Of a stretch of DNA of 64,000 bases, positions 47,959 through 57,013 are shown one piece after another. A program made the translations under genes and the position numbers. The stretch comes from Candidatus Omnitrophota bacterium. Its GTDB lineage: Bacteria; Omnitrophota; Gorgyraeia; B26-G9. The stretch covers positions 42,110-106,109 of the forward strand of contig JAZDHG010000016.1 of the NCBI GenBank assembly GCA_043806135.1. Reading direction: 5' to 3'. How positions within the stretch are numbered: the stretch's first letter is position 1; each line of letters begins with the position of its first letter. The notes under the pieces are model-generated. The model was given only the letters and a program-made list of their open reading frames with translations. It was not told where the DNA came from and ran no database searches.

Positions 47959-49194
47959 ATGTTAAAACCTTATGATGTCATTGTAGTCGGAGGCGGGCCG
48001 GCGGGAATGATCGCCGCAGGCAGAGCGGCAGAACTGGGCAGATCGGTTTTGCTGCTTGAACGCAACAATGTGCTGGGAGTAAAATTGCGCATTACCGGTA
48101 ATGGCCGCTGTAATGTAACGAACGCGGTGGCCTTAGACAGATTTGCACCATATTATGTCGATAATCCAAAATTTCTATACAATGTTTTTAATAAATTTTT
48201 TAATGCTGACCTCAGAAGCCTATTGCAGAAATACGGGGCGAAAACAAAGATAGAAGAAAATTTAAGAGTGTTTCCGGTTACAGATAAGTCAGGTGATATT
48301 GTTAAAGCGCTGCAGTTATACATGGAGCGGCCGCTTGTTCGAATTAAATGCCGTACTCTTGTAACCGAACTGGATGTTTACGATGACCGGATAAAGGGGG
48401 TTAACACTGAGCAAAAAGAACGGTTTACTGCGGACAAGGTTATAATTGCGACCGGAGGCAAAAGCTATCCCAGCTTGGGTTCTAATGGCTTCGGATATCA
48501 ATGGGCAAAAAAAGCAGGACATGACCTGGTTCAGTGCCGCCCCGGGCTGGTCGGCATAGAAATCAAGGAGCAATGGATAAAAAATCTGCAGGGGCTCAGC
48601 ATTAATGCGGATATTTCCTTATATATAGCCGGAAAAAAGAAAAAGCAAATCCAAGGCGACATTGTTTTTAGCCATTACGGGATATCCGGGCCGGCTGCTT
48701 TTGATATGAGCATGTATATTGATTCAACAGAGTCGACACTGCATATGGATATAATACCAGGCTATACACACGAGCAGGCAACTGAAGAACTTAATAGTCT
48801 TATCCGTATGAACCCCAGAGTTAAATGCAGGAATGTTTTACTTTTTAATGTACCCAGAAAACTGATATCTATATGTCTTGATATAGCAGGTATTGGCGAT
48901 GATAAGGCGCTTAATCAGCTGAATAAAAAGGAAAAAAGAACCTTGATAAATATACTTAAAAGTGTACAATTGACTGTACAAAGATTGCGCCCTCTGAAAG
49001 AAGCTATGGTTACCCGAGGCGGAGTTAGCGCAAAACAAATAAATCCTCAAAGCATGGAATCGAAATTTATAAAAGGACTTTATTTTTGCGGAGAGGTTAT
49101 TGATATAGCCGGGCTAACCGGAGGGTTTAATCTTCAGGCAGCCTTTTCTACGGGTTATGTTGCCGGAGAAAGCTGTGCTGATGATACACGATAA
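47959..49194 (+). CDS. HI0933-family NAD(FAD)-dependent flavoprotein (BaiN-like)
   Basis: Dinucleotide-binding motif YDVIVVGGGPAGMIAAGRAAELG and RITGNGRCNVTN, typical of the HI0933/TIGR00275 family. I take the ATG at 47959 as the start because the ORF-track start overlaps the repeat array. Confidence 0.8.
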   Translation: MLKPYDVIVVGGGPAGMIAAGRAAELGRSVLLLERNNVLGVKLRITGNGRCNVTNAVALDRFAPYYVDNPKFLYNVFNKFFNADLRSLLQKYGAKTKIEENLRVFPVTDKSGDIVKALQLYMERPLVRIKCRTLVTELDVYDDRIKGVNTEQKERFTADKVIIATGGKSYPSLGSNGFGYQWAKKAGHDLVQCRPGLVGIEIKEQWIKNLQGLSINADISLYIAGKKKKQIQGDIVFSHYGISGPAAFDMSMYIDSTESTLHMDIIPGYTHEQATEELNSLIRMNPRVKCRNVLLFNVPRKLISICLDIAGIGDDKALNQLNKKEKRTLINILKSVQLTVQRLRPLKEAMVTRGGVSAKQINPQSMESKFIKGLYFCGEVIDIAGLTGGFNLQAAFSTGYVAGESCADDTR

Positions 49195-49202
49195 GGATTT
49201 TC

Positions 49203-49382
49203 ATGGATAAAGAGGGCCTAAAAACACTGGTGTTTATAGCTGTGGGTACAATGATCGGCGCTTTTTTGCGTGGTGTGATACAAAGCGGGCAAAAACTCTC
49301 AGTGCATATTATCGTGCGCACAGTATTATTCATATTAATAGCAGCGGCTATAGGTTTTTTTGTGTTTAAGAAAATAAAATAA
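49203..49382 (+). CDS. Small hydrophobic protein (59 aa), low confidence
   Basis: Short ORF MDKEGLKTLVFIAVGTMIGAFLRGVIQSGQ... with two predicted TM helices. Confidence 0.3.
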   Translation: MDKEGLKTLVFIAVGTMIGAFLRGVIQSGQKLSVHIIVRTVLFILIAAAIGFFVFKKIK

Positions 49383-49397
49383 TAGGAGGAAGATAAT

Positions 49398-49592
49398 GTG
49401 TTTGTGGGAGCGTTATTTATCCTTACGGGCATTTTGATCGCGCTTAATCCGCCGCTCTTATCATTTATCGCGGCTTCAATTTTGATATTACCGGGCCTGG
49501 GATTTATGAGCATTAGTTATCATTACAAAAAAATTTCAAAACAATTTGAAGGTCCCTCTATGGATTTTTTGAGCCATTCTTCTCTAGGGTGA
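49398..49592 (+). CDS. Small membrane protein (64 aa, GTG start)
   Basis: GGAGG RBS 8 nt upstream and two hydrophobic helices. Confidence 0.35.
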   Translation: MFVGALFILTGILIALNPPLLSFIAASILILPGLGFMSISYHYKKISKQFEGPSMDFLSHSSLG

Positions 49593-49738
49593 AAGAATTT
49601 TTGTAAGACAATAAGAGTGAAGTGCTTAGATAAAAACGAGGATGGCCCATGATTACGCCGATGAAAAACAGATTATAGCGATTGTCTAGGTTCGAAGAAG
49701 AACGAATCTATGTAATCATGTTTTAATCTGTGGAATCA

Positions 49739-49771
49739 GGTTCTTTCTGCCGCCCTAAACAAGAAAGAACC
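49739..49771. repeat. MITE-like palindromic hairpin repeat, copy 4 of 4 (inverted orientation)
   Basis: ATCAGGTTCTTTCTGCCGCCCTAAACAAGAAAGAACC is the reverse complement of the consensus, including the CTGATT flank. Confidence 0.6.
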
Positions 49772-49812
49772 ATTTTTTATCAGATTTTAATGAAAGTTGG
49801 GAGTTTTAAGTT

Positions 49813-50100
49813 ATGAGCCAGAGTGTTAATTTTTTAAAAATCATAGGCAAAGCAGCTTATTTGATCGGGGTATTGCTGTTTTTTAATTTTTTCTTCGGAC
49901 TGCTTTTCCTCCGGTTTTTTTATTGGATTATTTTAGGATCAATCCTGTTGTTCCTGTTTACAGGAGCGCTTTCTATAGGCAAAAATATCATATTTACGAA
50001 TTTCGCAAAAACAGCAAAACCAAAAGGCCCTGCGTATCAAAAGGACGATATTATTGATGTGGAAGCAGAAGTTGTTGACAATAATGGCCAGCAGGAGTAA
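49813..50100 (+). CDS. Small membrane protein of unknown function
   Basis: 95 aa with two TM helices and a hydrophilic C-terminal tail. Confidence 0.4.
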   Translation: MSQSVNFLKIIGKAAYLIGVLLFFNFFFGLLFLRFFYWIILGSILLFLFTGALSIGKNIIFTNFAKTAKPKGPAYQKDDIIDVEAEVVDNNGQQE

Positions 50101-50229
50101 AATTTTTTAATTCATTTTGAATCTTTAGCTTAATTGACAAGTTACGGATTTGCATATAAGATGAGTCTATATGAGCTGATATTTTTGCTCTTATATATTA
50201 AAATTCATAAATTATAAGGACTTTATTCC

Positions 50230-50913
50230 ATGGGACGGATTATTTTCATCGCAGTATTAATCCTTTTGTTTTCCTCTATAAATGCAGGAGCGATTCCATC
50301 TGAAGGTAATTTTTTGCCTGATTTACACAAAACAATCTGGGGTTTTCAATTTAACAATATCTTCCTGCGTGACTTTAATAAAGTCGAAGGCAAGGGGATG
50401 ACAAAGCAGTATTTTCTTAAAGCGAGTTACGGCTTAACGGAAAGGTTTTTTTTAGACGGAAAAATCGGCCAGGGCAGTATTAGGTTTAAGCGTAATGACA
50501 ATATTGATCTTGATTTTTCAAGCAGTTTTGCCGGGGGGTACGGATTCCGCTATCTTATTTTTCAGGATGACCGGAGCGGGTGGAAATCAATAATGGGATT
50601 TCAGCATATTAGCTGCCATCCGTTTAAAGACACGGTAGCAGGTATTAATTATCGCGTTATATGGGATGAGTGGCAGGGGACGTGGCTGTTTATAAAGGAA
50701 TGGGAAAAGACGGCTTTGCATTTTGGCCCGCAGTACAGTGCAGTGCAGCTAAAATACAAGGTTGATAATTTTAGGCGCCGTTTAAAGGCAGAGGACTCCT
50801 GGGGGTTACTGTTCGGCGGCGAATATCGCTTTACGAAGAAAGCAAGCATAAGTGCGGAGCTCAGGGTGCTTGATGAGTGGGCAATTAACACGGGGATTAG
50901 TTATAAATTCTAA
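50230..50913 (+). CDS. Small outer-membrane beta-barrel protein
   Basis: Signal peptide (ILLFSSINAGA), alternating-hydrophobic beta-strand pattern, and a C-terminal ISYKF. Confidence 0.5.
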   Translation: MGRIIFIAVLILLFSSINAGAIPSEGNFLPDLHKTIWGFQFNNIFLRDFNKVEGKGMTKQYFLKASYGLTERFFLDGKIGQGSIRFKRNDNIDLDFSSSFAGGYGFRYLIFQDDRSGWKSIMGFQHISCHPFKDTVAGINYRVIWDEWQGTWLFIKEWEKTALHFGPQYSAVQLKYKVDNFRRRLKAEDSWGLLFGGEYRFTKKASISAELRVLDEWAINTGISYKF

Positions 50914-51197
50914 TTTAAAGCAGTGTATTGTTGTAATTTGGTGTTAACAAAGTGAACATCAACGAGTTGTTCGGATATGAAAACTCTTTTTCCTCCCGCC
51001 ACAAAGATTGGCGGACAGGCATTCTTGTTTTGCCTCAGGCGGGACTCCGAGCTGACCCCGTATTGTAGGGGTAAATCCGGACATAGAAACTGTATTTGTA
51101 GTTTCTAAGACCGAGTTATGTATTTCAAGGTCCAAAACAGTTATTCATATCCTGAAAGTATAAACATTAGGCGCAGATATACATAGAAAGTAAATAT

Positions 51198-51851
51198 ATG
51201 CAGTTTAAAAAATTACGTTTATGGGCAACATATCCGTTTGCTTTAGTATATATATTATTCGCGTATAAACAGGGCATTGAGTTCATTCCCGGCATATGGT
51301 TTATTTTGTCCGGATTGTTAGTGCGTTGCTGGGCAGCCGGATATATAAAAAAGATAAAGGTACTGACTACTGCCGGGCCATACTCTTTTGTGCGCAATCC
51401 GCTGTATGTAGGGAATTTTCTCATGGGCCTGGGTTTCTGTCTGTTTGTACGGGATTTAATGCTTAGCCTTCTATATATAATTTTATTTTTCTTCTTTTAT
51501 ATAGGAACCATGAAAAAAGAAGAAGCAGTGCTTACGGATCTTTTTAAGGAGGAATATATTAATTACAAGAATAAGGTTCCTGCCTTTATCCCCCGTATTT
51601 TGCCTTATGCCTCAAAACAGCCGATGCGCTACAGCTTAAAACAGGCGTATTATAATGGTGAGCTGATCAGAGTAGTTGTAACGGGTATTTTGCTTTCTCT
51701 ATCTTATTTTGGGGTTGATTTTCTTAAAGCAGAGTCTTTGGACAAGGGTGAGCTGTTTAGGGCAGGACTGCTTATTGCGGTACAGGGCATAATACTGCTT
51801 GTAATCATACAGCATAGAAAAGAGTTTGTTAAAAAACAGGACAAAAAATAA
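51198..51851 (+). CDS. Isoprenylcysteine carboxyl methyltransferase (ICMT/PEMT) family membrane methyltransferase
   Basis: GPYSFVRNPLYVGNFLMGLG plus a C-terminal EE...L motif typical of the ICMT/phospholipid methyltransferase family. Confidence 0.7.
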   Translation: MQFKKLRLWATYPFALVYILFAYKQGIEFIPGIWFILSGLLVRCWAAGYIKKIKVLTTAGPYSFVRNPLYVGNFLMGLGFCLFVRDLMLSLLYIILFFFFYIGTMKKEEAVLTDLFKEEYINYKNKVPAFIPRILPYASKQPMRYSLKQAYYNGELIRVVVTGILLSLSYFGVDFLKAESLDKGELFRAGLLIAVQGIILLVIIQHRKEFVKKQDKK

Positions 51852-51900
51852 CCTGCTGCTTATTTTTTAAACAGTAAGCACAATCACACAGAACCTATCA

Positions 51901-53586
51901 ATGCAGAAAACCTGGAATATACGAAAAATTGACGCAAAAAAACAGCAATCATTTGCCAAAGAGCTGGGGATATCTTTGATACTTGCACAGATTCTTTTGA
52001 ATCGCGGAATTCAGACAAAGGAGCAGGCGCGCAGTTATCTTTATGATGATATCAGCAAGTGTTTTGATCCTTTTTTGTTAAAAGGTATGAAAAAAGCGGT
52101 TAAGCGTACTCAAGAAGCGCTTGCTGGTAAAGAGAAAATTTTCATTTACGGAGACTATGATGTTGACGGCCTGAGCAGCACTGCTTTGCTTTATTTTGTT
52201 CTAAAAGACCTTGGGGCGGATGTCGCGTATTATATACCGCATAGAGTTGAAGAGGGTTACAGCCTGAATAAACAGGCGTGCATGAATTTAAAAAAACAAA
52301 AAGCAAAACTTATAATAACTGTTGATTGCGGGATAAGCAGTTTTAAAGAAGTAAAATATCTTAATTCTGCGGGCATAGACATCATCATAACCGATCATCA
52401 TCGTATAGTTGAAGGTAAAATACCTTCGGCGTATGCGGTAATTAATCCGATGCAAAAAGGATGTGATTATCCCTATAAGGATCTTGCCGGTGTAGGCATT
52501 GCCTATAAATTTGCTCAGGCGCTCACTCATGGAGTGATGGATGTAAACAGCCATCTTGATCTTGTGGCCCTGGGAACGATTAGTGATGTTGCGCCTTTAA
52601 CAGGTGAAAACAGGATTCTGGTCAAGCAGGGGCTCCAGGTACTGAGCAATACAAATAAGACAGGATTAAAAGCACTAATGGAGATCACCGGTATAAAAAA
52701 AAAGAAAATTTCAACCCAGCACGTAGGATTTATACTTGGACCGCGCATTAATGCCAGCGGACGTATGGGTTCAGCCGAAAAAGCGCTTGAGCTTTTGCTG
52801 AGTGATGACGATGAACATGCCTTGCGGCTTGCTAAAGACCTGGAAAATTATAACAGGCAGCGGCAAAAAGAGGAAGCTAAGACATTAAAGCAGGCTATTT
52901 CGATGATGCAAAGTGAAATAAATTTTAAACATCACCGCTCTGTAGTGTTACATAACGATGAGTGGCATCCCGGGGTTATCGGTATTGTGGCCTCGCGTAT
53001 TGCCGAAAAATATTACCGCCCGACGATATTGATTTCCACAAAAGATAAGATGGGCAAAGGATCAGGGCGTTCCATCAGGAACTTCCATCTTTTTGACACT
53101 CTTTCAAAATGCGGCCATTTATTGGAAAAATTCGGCGGGCATGAAAAAGCTGCGGGTATAAGTATTTTAAAAAACAACCTGCTTGATTTTAAAAAGTTCT
53201 TTAATGAAATGGTGCATAAGAGCCTATCCTGCGAGGAACTTGTTCCGGTTATTGACGTGGATATGGAAGTATCTCTTGACGTTTTATCTGAAAAGCTGAT
53301 AAATGAGCTTGAACTCTGCGCTCCTTTTGGCATAGGCAATCCGCGTCCTGTATTTGCTTCGCGTGATTTAAGGGCAAAAGACAGACCCAGGACTTTAAGG
53401 GGCAATGGTTTTAAAATATGGCTTACGGACGGCAAAGTGACCTGCGAGGCATTGGGCAGTAAGTTTAGCGATATTGATATTTCGGATATCAGCAGCGGGT
53501 TTTCCGTTGTATACTCTCCCTCTATAAATGACTGGCAGGGCATTAACACTATCCAGTTAAAACTCAAGGATCTGCAATTTTCCTGA
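51901..53586 (+). CDS. recJ: Single-stranded-DNA-specific exonuclease RecJ
   Basis: 561 aa with DHH motifs (IYGDYDVDGLSS, ITDHH) and a DHHA1 domain (GGHEKAAGI). Confidence 0.88.
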   Translation: MQKTWNIRKIDAKKQQSFAKELGISLILAQILLNRGIQTKEQARSYLYDDISKCFDPFLLKGMKKAVKRTQEALAGKEKIFIYGDYDVDGLSSTALLYFVLKDLGADVAYYIPHRVEEGYSLNKQACMNLKKQKAKLIITVDCGISSFKEVKYLNSAGIDIIITDHHRIVEGKIPSAYAVINPMQKGCDYPYKDLAGVGIAYKFAQALTHGVMDVNSHLDLVALGTISDVAPLTGENRILVKQGLQVLSNTNKTGLKALMEITGIKKKKISTQHVGFILGPRINASGRMGSAEKALELLLSDDDEHALRLAKDLENYNRQRQKEEAKTLKQAISMMQSEINFKHHRSVVLHNDEWHPGVIGIVASRIAEKYYRPTILISTKDKMGKGSGRSIRNFHLFDTLSKCGHLLEKFGGHEKAAGISILKNNLLDFKKFFNEMVHKSLSCEELVPVIDVDMEVSLDVLSEKLINELELCAPFGIGNPRPVFASRDLRAKDRPRTLRGNGFKIWLTDGKVTCEALGSKFSDIDISDISSGFSVVYSPSINDWQGINTIQLKLKDLQFS

Positions 53587-53822
53587 AAGATTTAAAAGTC
53601 ACCTCTGCTCATTAAACATACTAAGTTCTGCGTTTTTAAAATCAATCTAGTCTGTATAATTTTTACGTCAGAATTTACAAATCTTTAATTTACAAACAGT
53701 TATGATCACAATAAAAATCCTGCACTATTGTAAAAATCATATTTACATGGTATACTTTAAAATCTTTTATATGCATAACATATTCATTGAATAATGGTTA
53801 TAGAAAACCTTAGGAGATATAA

Positions 53823-54920
53823 ATGGCCAAAAACAGGGGAAAAAATCTTTTTTTACTTCTGATGGTCCTATTTATAATCGCAGGGTCTTTTAATTGCAGC
53901 CGGGTTCTTTACGCGCAGGAAAATACCCATTGTATGTTACAAACTGCAAATCTTTCTCCTGCGCTTAAACTCCCTGAACAGGTATTTCAAGAGAGCTGGA
54001 GGGATATCATCGTTGACTTTTATATGCGCAGCAGTATATTGAGCGAATATGAATATCGGGTGTTAAAACTGAATGTCTTATTTAATGTAAAAATAAATCC
54101 GGCTGATATTGAACGAAGTTTATTGAATTCTATCAGCAAGGAAGATATTCCATACTATTTTTACGAAGCCACGCCGGATAAGGATTTAATAAGAAAAACA
54201 AGACTGAAAATCCGCAATAAATTCGAAATGATCCTTATTGAATATGGATGGGAGCTTGATATAAGCATGCTTAGATACCTTGAAGCCTTAATGAAAAAGA
54301 TCGCGGCGAAACAGGATAAAGATATTTCCGCATATCAAATGCAGATAACAAAAGTGTTGAACACTCTTACAGACGAAGAGATGCTGCTTTTTAAAGCCCA
54401 GCCGCGCTCTTTACAAGAGCATGCATTAAAAAAGAAGGTTATGTATCTTGTTAACGGAGAGATTGTTAAAGAAGGCGTTTTGATCGATTCAAAGGTAGGG
54501 GATGCCGTGGCTGATGCGGTTGAAGCAAAAAAGCAGAATCTGCTTTCTCAGGTGCGGTTTTACGTTAATATTCATAAGGATGAATTAAAACAGCAGCTGT
54601 ACAGTGAATTGCTTAGTGAAATAAGTTATTATTCTGCTCGCCATTCACGCTTAAGTCTCCAAAGGCAAAAGGTTCGCGCAGAAGCATTTGGAATATTCAT
54701 GGAATGGCTTAAAAGCAAAGAGAGTACGCTATCCTTTGATAAAGTGACGCTTTATAAAGAGGGGGAATTATGGGAATCGCGCTATTGGTTTATGCTTGAT
54801 GAGATCATGCGGGAATTAATTGAGGCAGGTTCTCTTGTAAACATTATTCCTGAATTGCCAAGTAGTAATCCGCCTCATCTACAAATACAAAACAGCCTAA
54901 TTATTAGCCAGGCAATATAA
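53823..54920 (+). CDS. Hypothetical exported, helical protein (first of three genes sharing the N-terminal LSPAL-FQ motif)
   Basis: N-terminal hydrophobic segment followed by LSPALKLPEQVFQESW. No known domain recognised. Confidence 0.6.
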   Translation: MAKNRGKNLFLLLMVLFIIAGSFNCSRVLYAQENTHCMLQTANLSPALKLPEQVFQESWRDIIVDFYMRSSILSEYEYRVLKLNVLFNVKINPADIERSLLNSISKEDIPYYFYEATPDKDLIRKTRLKIRNKFEMILIEYGWELDISMLRYLEALMKKIAAKQDKDISAYQMQITKVLNTLTDEEMLLFKAQPRSLQEHALKKKVMYLVNGEIVKEGVLIDSKVGDAVADAVEAKKQNLLSQVRFYVNIHKDELKQQLYSELLSEISYYSARHSRLSLQRQKVRAEAFGIFMEWLKSKESTLSFDKVTLYKEGELWESRYWFMLDEIMRELIEAGSLVNIIPELPSSNPPHLQIQNSLIISQAI

Positions 54921-55094
54921 TTTCAATCAAAAATAAACATAACTCTTTATTTTACAGCATGTTGTGAGCAGGGTATTTGTTTGCAAAGCAATGTGTTGTG
55001 TGGTATACTTTATCACCTTTTTTAACGTGCTTACAAAATGACTTTTTAAGAGAGAAATAAACAGGAAAAAGAAGGATTTAGATGGGTTTTTCAG

Positions 55095-56999
55095 GTGAAT
55101 AAATTTACGGTAATGAGAATTATAATCTTTATTCTTATTCAGGCATTTTTGTTTTCTACCAGTGCCTTTGCCCTGGGAATCTCTGTGTCATCTTTCTGTG
55201 ATAAAAACTGTCTGTCACCTGCAGTACAGCTTAAAACAAATAATTTTCAGAAGTTTTTTTTAGAACGCAGCTTGCAGCAGAATACTGCGGATAGTTTTCA
55301 GGAATACATAAAGCAGAAAATTATTGCAAAAGGAGGCAGAATAAGCTTTGCGGAATTCATGGATGATGCCTTGTATTCAGAGCACGGATTTTTCCCCAAG
55401 ATTGTAAATATTGGATACAACAATGTGTTCTCTTCTGATCCTGTCAAGGCTAAAGAAAAAAAGCATTTTAATACCTATGCAGAATCGCTGCCTTTTGCGC
55501 ATTCTCTGGCAATACAATTGATCGAGATGTGGGAATTAATGGGTACGCCGGATAAGTTTAGTATTGTTGAGATGGGAGCAGGCACAGGTGTTTTGGCAAA
55601 GAATATTATTAGTTATATACAAGAGCACAAACCGCAGCTTTATAAAAGCTTAGATTATGTAATAGTGGATATAAGCGAGAGGCTTATTGAGATACAGAAA
55701 GAGACTATAAAAAAGAAATTTAAGGATACGAAGGGTGTCCCTATCCGCTGGGAAAGTGGGGATGCTTTTCATCTATCAAAATTGGAGGATATTGAAGGAG
55801 TATTTCTTTCCAATGAAATGCCGGATAATTTTGCTGTTCACAGAATAAAAAAAGTTAACGGCAGATTCCTGGAAGTATATACTGCATTTCATGAAGGAAA
55901 TTTTGTGGATAAGCTTGGTCCGCTGTCAACTCCTGAGCTTAAAGCATATGTTGAGAATATTGGAGTTGAAATACAAGAAGGCCGTGAAATTCCTGTTAAT
56001 CTGAATTTGCGTGTTTGGCAGGAAAATATGGCTAAGGCACTGAAAAGAGGTTTTGTGATCACTATAGATTACGGCGGAAAGATCGAGGAAATAAGTGAAG
56101 AGCCTTATGCTGTGTGGAATAAGGAAACTAATGACATTGAAGACAGATCAGAAAAAATGAAATATATATATGATAACAGCGGAAACTGTGATATCACAGC
56201 CAATGTTAATTTCTTTGATACTGCTAAATGGGGTAAATCAGCTGGATTAAATGTGCATGGATATACGCTGCAAAGAGATTTTCTCGAGAACTTGGACTTT
56301 CATAAGATCCTGGATAATTTACAAAGACAGGATAAGCCGGAGCCGGGGCTGAAATCCCTTTCTAATGACATTGTCACTAATTTTCACTTTAAAGTGCTGG
56401 TTCAAAGTAAGGGGCTTGATGCGGATATTCCGCTTGCTGGCTTTAAGCAAATGGATGGATTTTTCATGAAGTATGAACAGAAAATAAGTTTAATATTGCC
56501 GATAGGCCCCAAGGAAAGCAAGTTTATCGTAGTAACTAATGATTTTAACCTGCAGAGTGAGCATGTAAAAAGAGGACAGGAAGGACTTAAAAAATATGCA
56601 GACTCTATTCGCGATTACAGGACTAAAACAGAAATAATCGAGGGTACAAATAATATGAGAGAGGGTAAGTATGTGCTTGATTTAAAACGCAAGGATTTTA
56701 GCGAGGGGTTTTCCGATTTAAGGATCTATAATGATAAAGGCGAGCTCATTTTTAATGCGAAAAACATTTCCGATTATGAAAAAGAAGCGTTTGTAATGAC
56801 AAAAAAGGCTTTTGATCAACAATACCGGACACGCTTTGATCTAAGCGATAAGCATATTACAAATGCTCCGGAGTTGTTTTATGTGCATCCCGACGGTTCT
56901 CTCCTGATTGTTCCACCGATTTTTCTGCCTGAAGGCGTTGTAGACAAGAAAGAATCCATTGATCAAAATCCAAACTTTATTCTGGAGAAATCGATTTAA
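55095..56999 (+). CDS. MidA/DUF185-family class I SAM-dependent methyltransferase-like protein with N-terminal signal segment and ~190-aa C-terminal extension
   Basis: ISFAEFMDDALYSEHGFF and SIVEMGAGTGVLAKNII match the MidA (NDUFAF7-like) family. The N-terminus has a signal-like segment followed by LSPAVQLKTNNFQKFF. Confidence 0.65.
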   Translation: MNKFTVMRIIIFILIQAFLFSTSAFALGISVSSFCDKNCLSPAVQLKTNNFQKFFLERSLQQNTADSFQEYIKQKIIAKGGRISFAEFMDDALYSEHGFFPKIVNIGYNNVFSSDPVKAKEKKHFNTYAESLPFAHSLAIQLIEMWELMGTPDKFSIVEMGAGTGVLAKNIISYIQEHKPQLYKSLDYVIVDISERLIEIQKETIKKKFKDTKGVPIRWESGDAFHLSKLEDIEGVFLSNEMPDNFAVHRIKKVNGRFLEVYTAFHEGNFVDKLGPLSTPELKAYVENIGVEIQEGREIPVNLNLRVWQENMAKALKRGFVITIDYGGKIEEISEEPYAVWNKETNDIEDRSEKMKYIYDNSGNCDITANVNFFDTAKWGKSAGLNVHGYTLQRDFLENLDFHKILDNLQRQDKPEPGLKSLSNDIVTNFHFKVLVQSKGLDADIPLAGFKQMDGFFMKYEQKISLILPIGPKESKFIVVTNDFNLQSEHVKRGQEGLKKYADSIRDYRTKTEIIEGTNNMREGKYVLDLKRKDFSEGFSDLRIYNDKGELIFNAKNISDYEKEAFVMTKKAFDQQYRTRFDLSDKHITNAPELFYVHPDGSLLIVPPIFLPEGVVDKKESIDQNPNFILEKSI

Positions 57000-57013
57000 A
57001 TTAATTTAAAAAG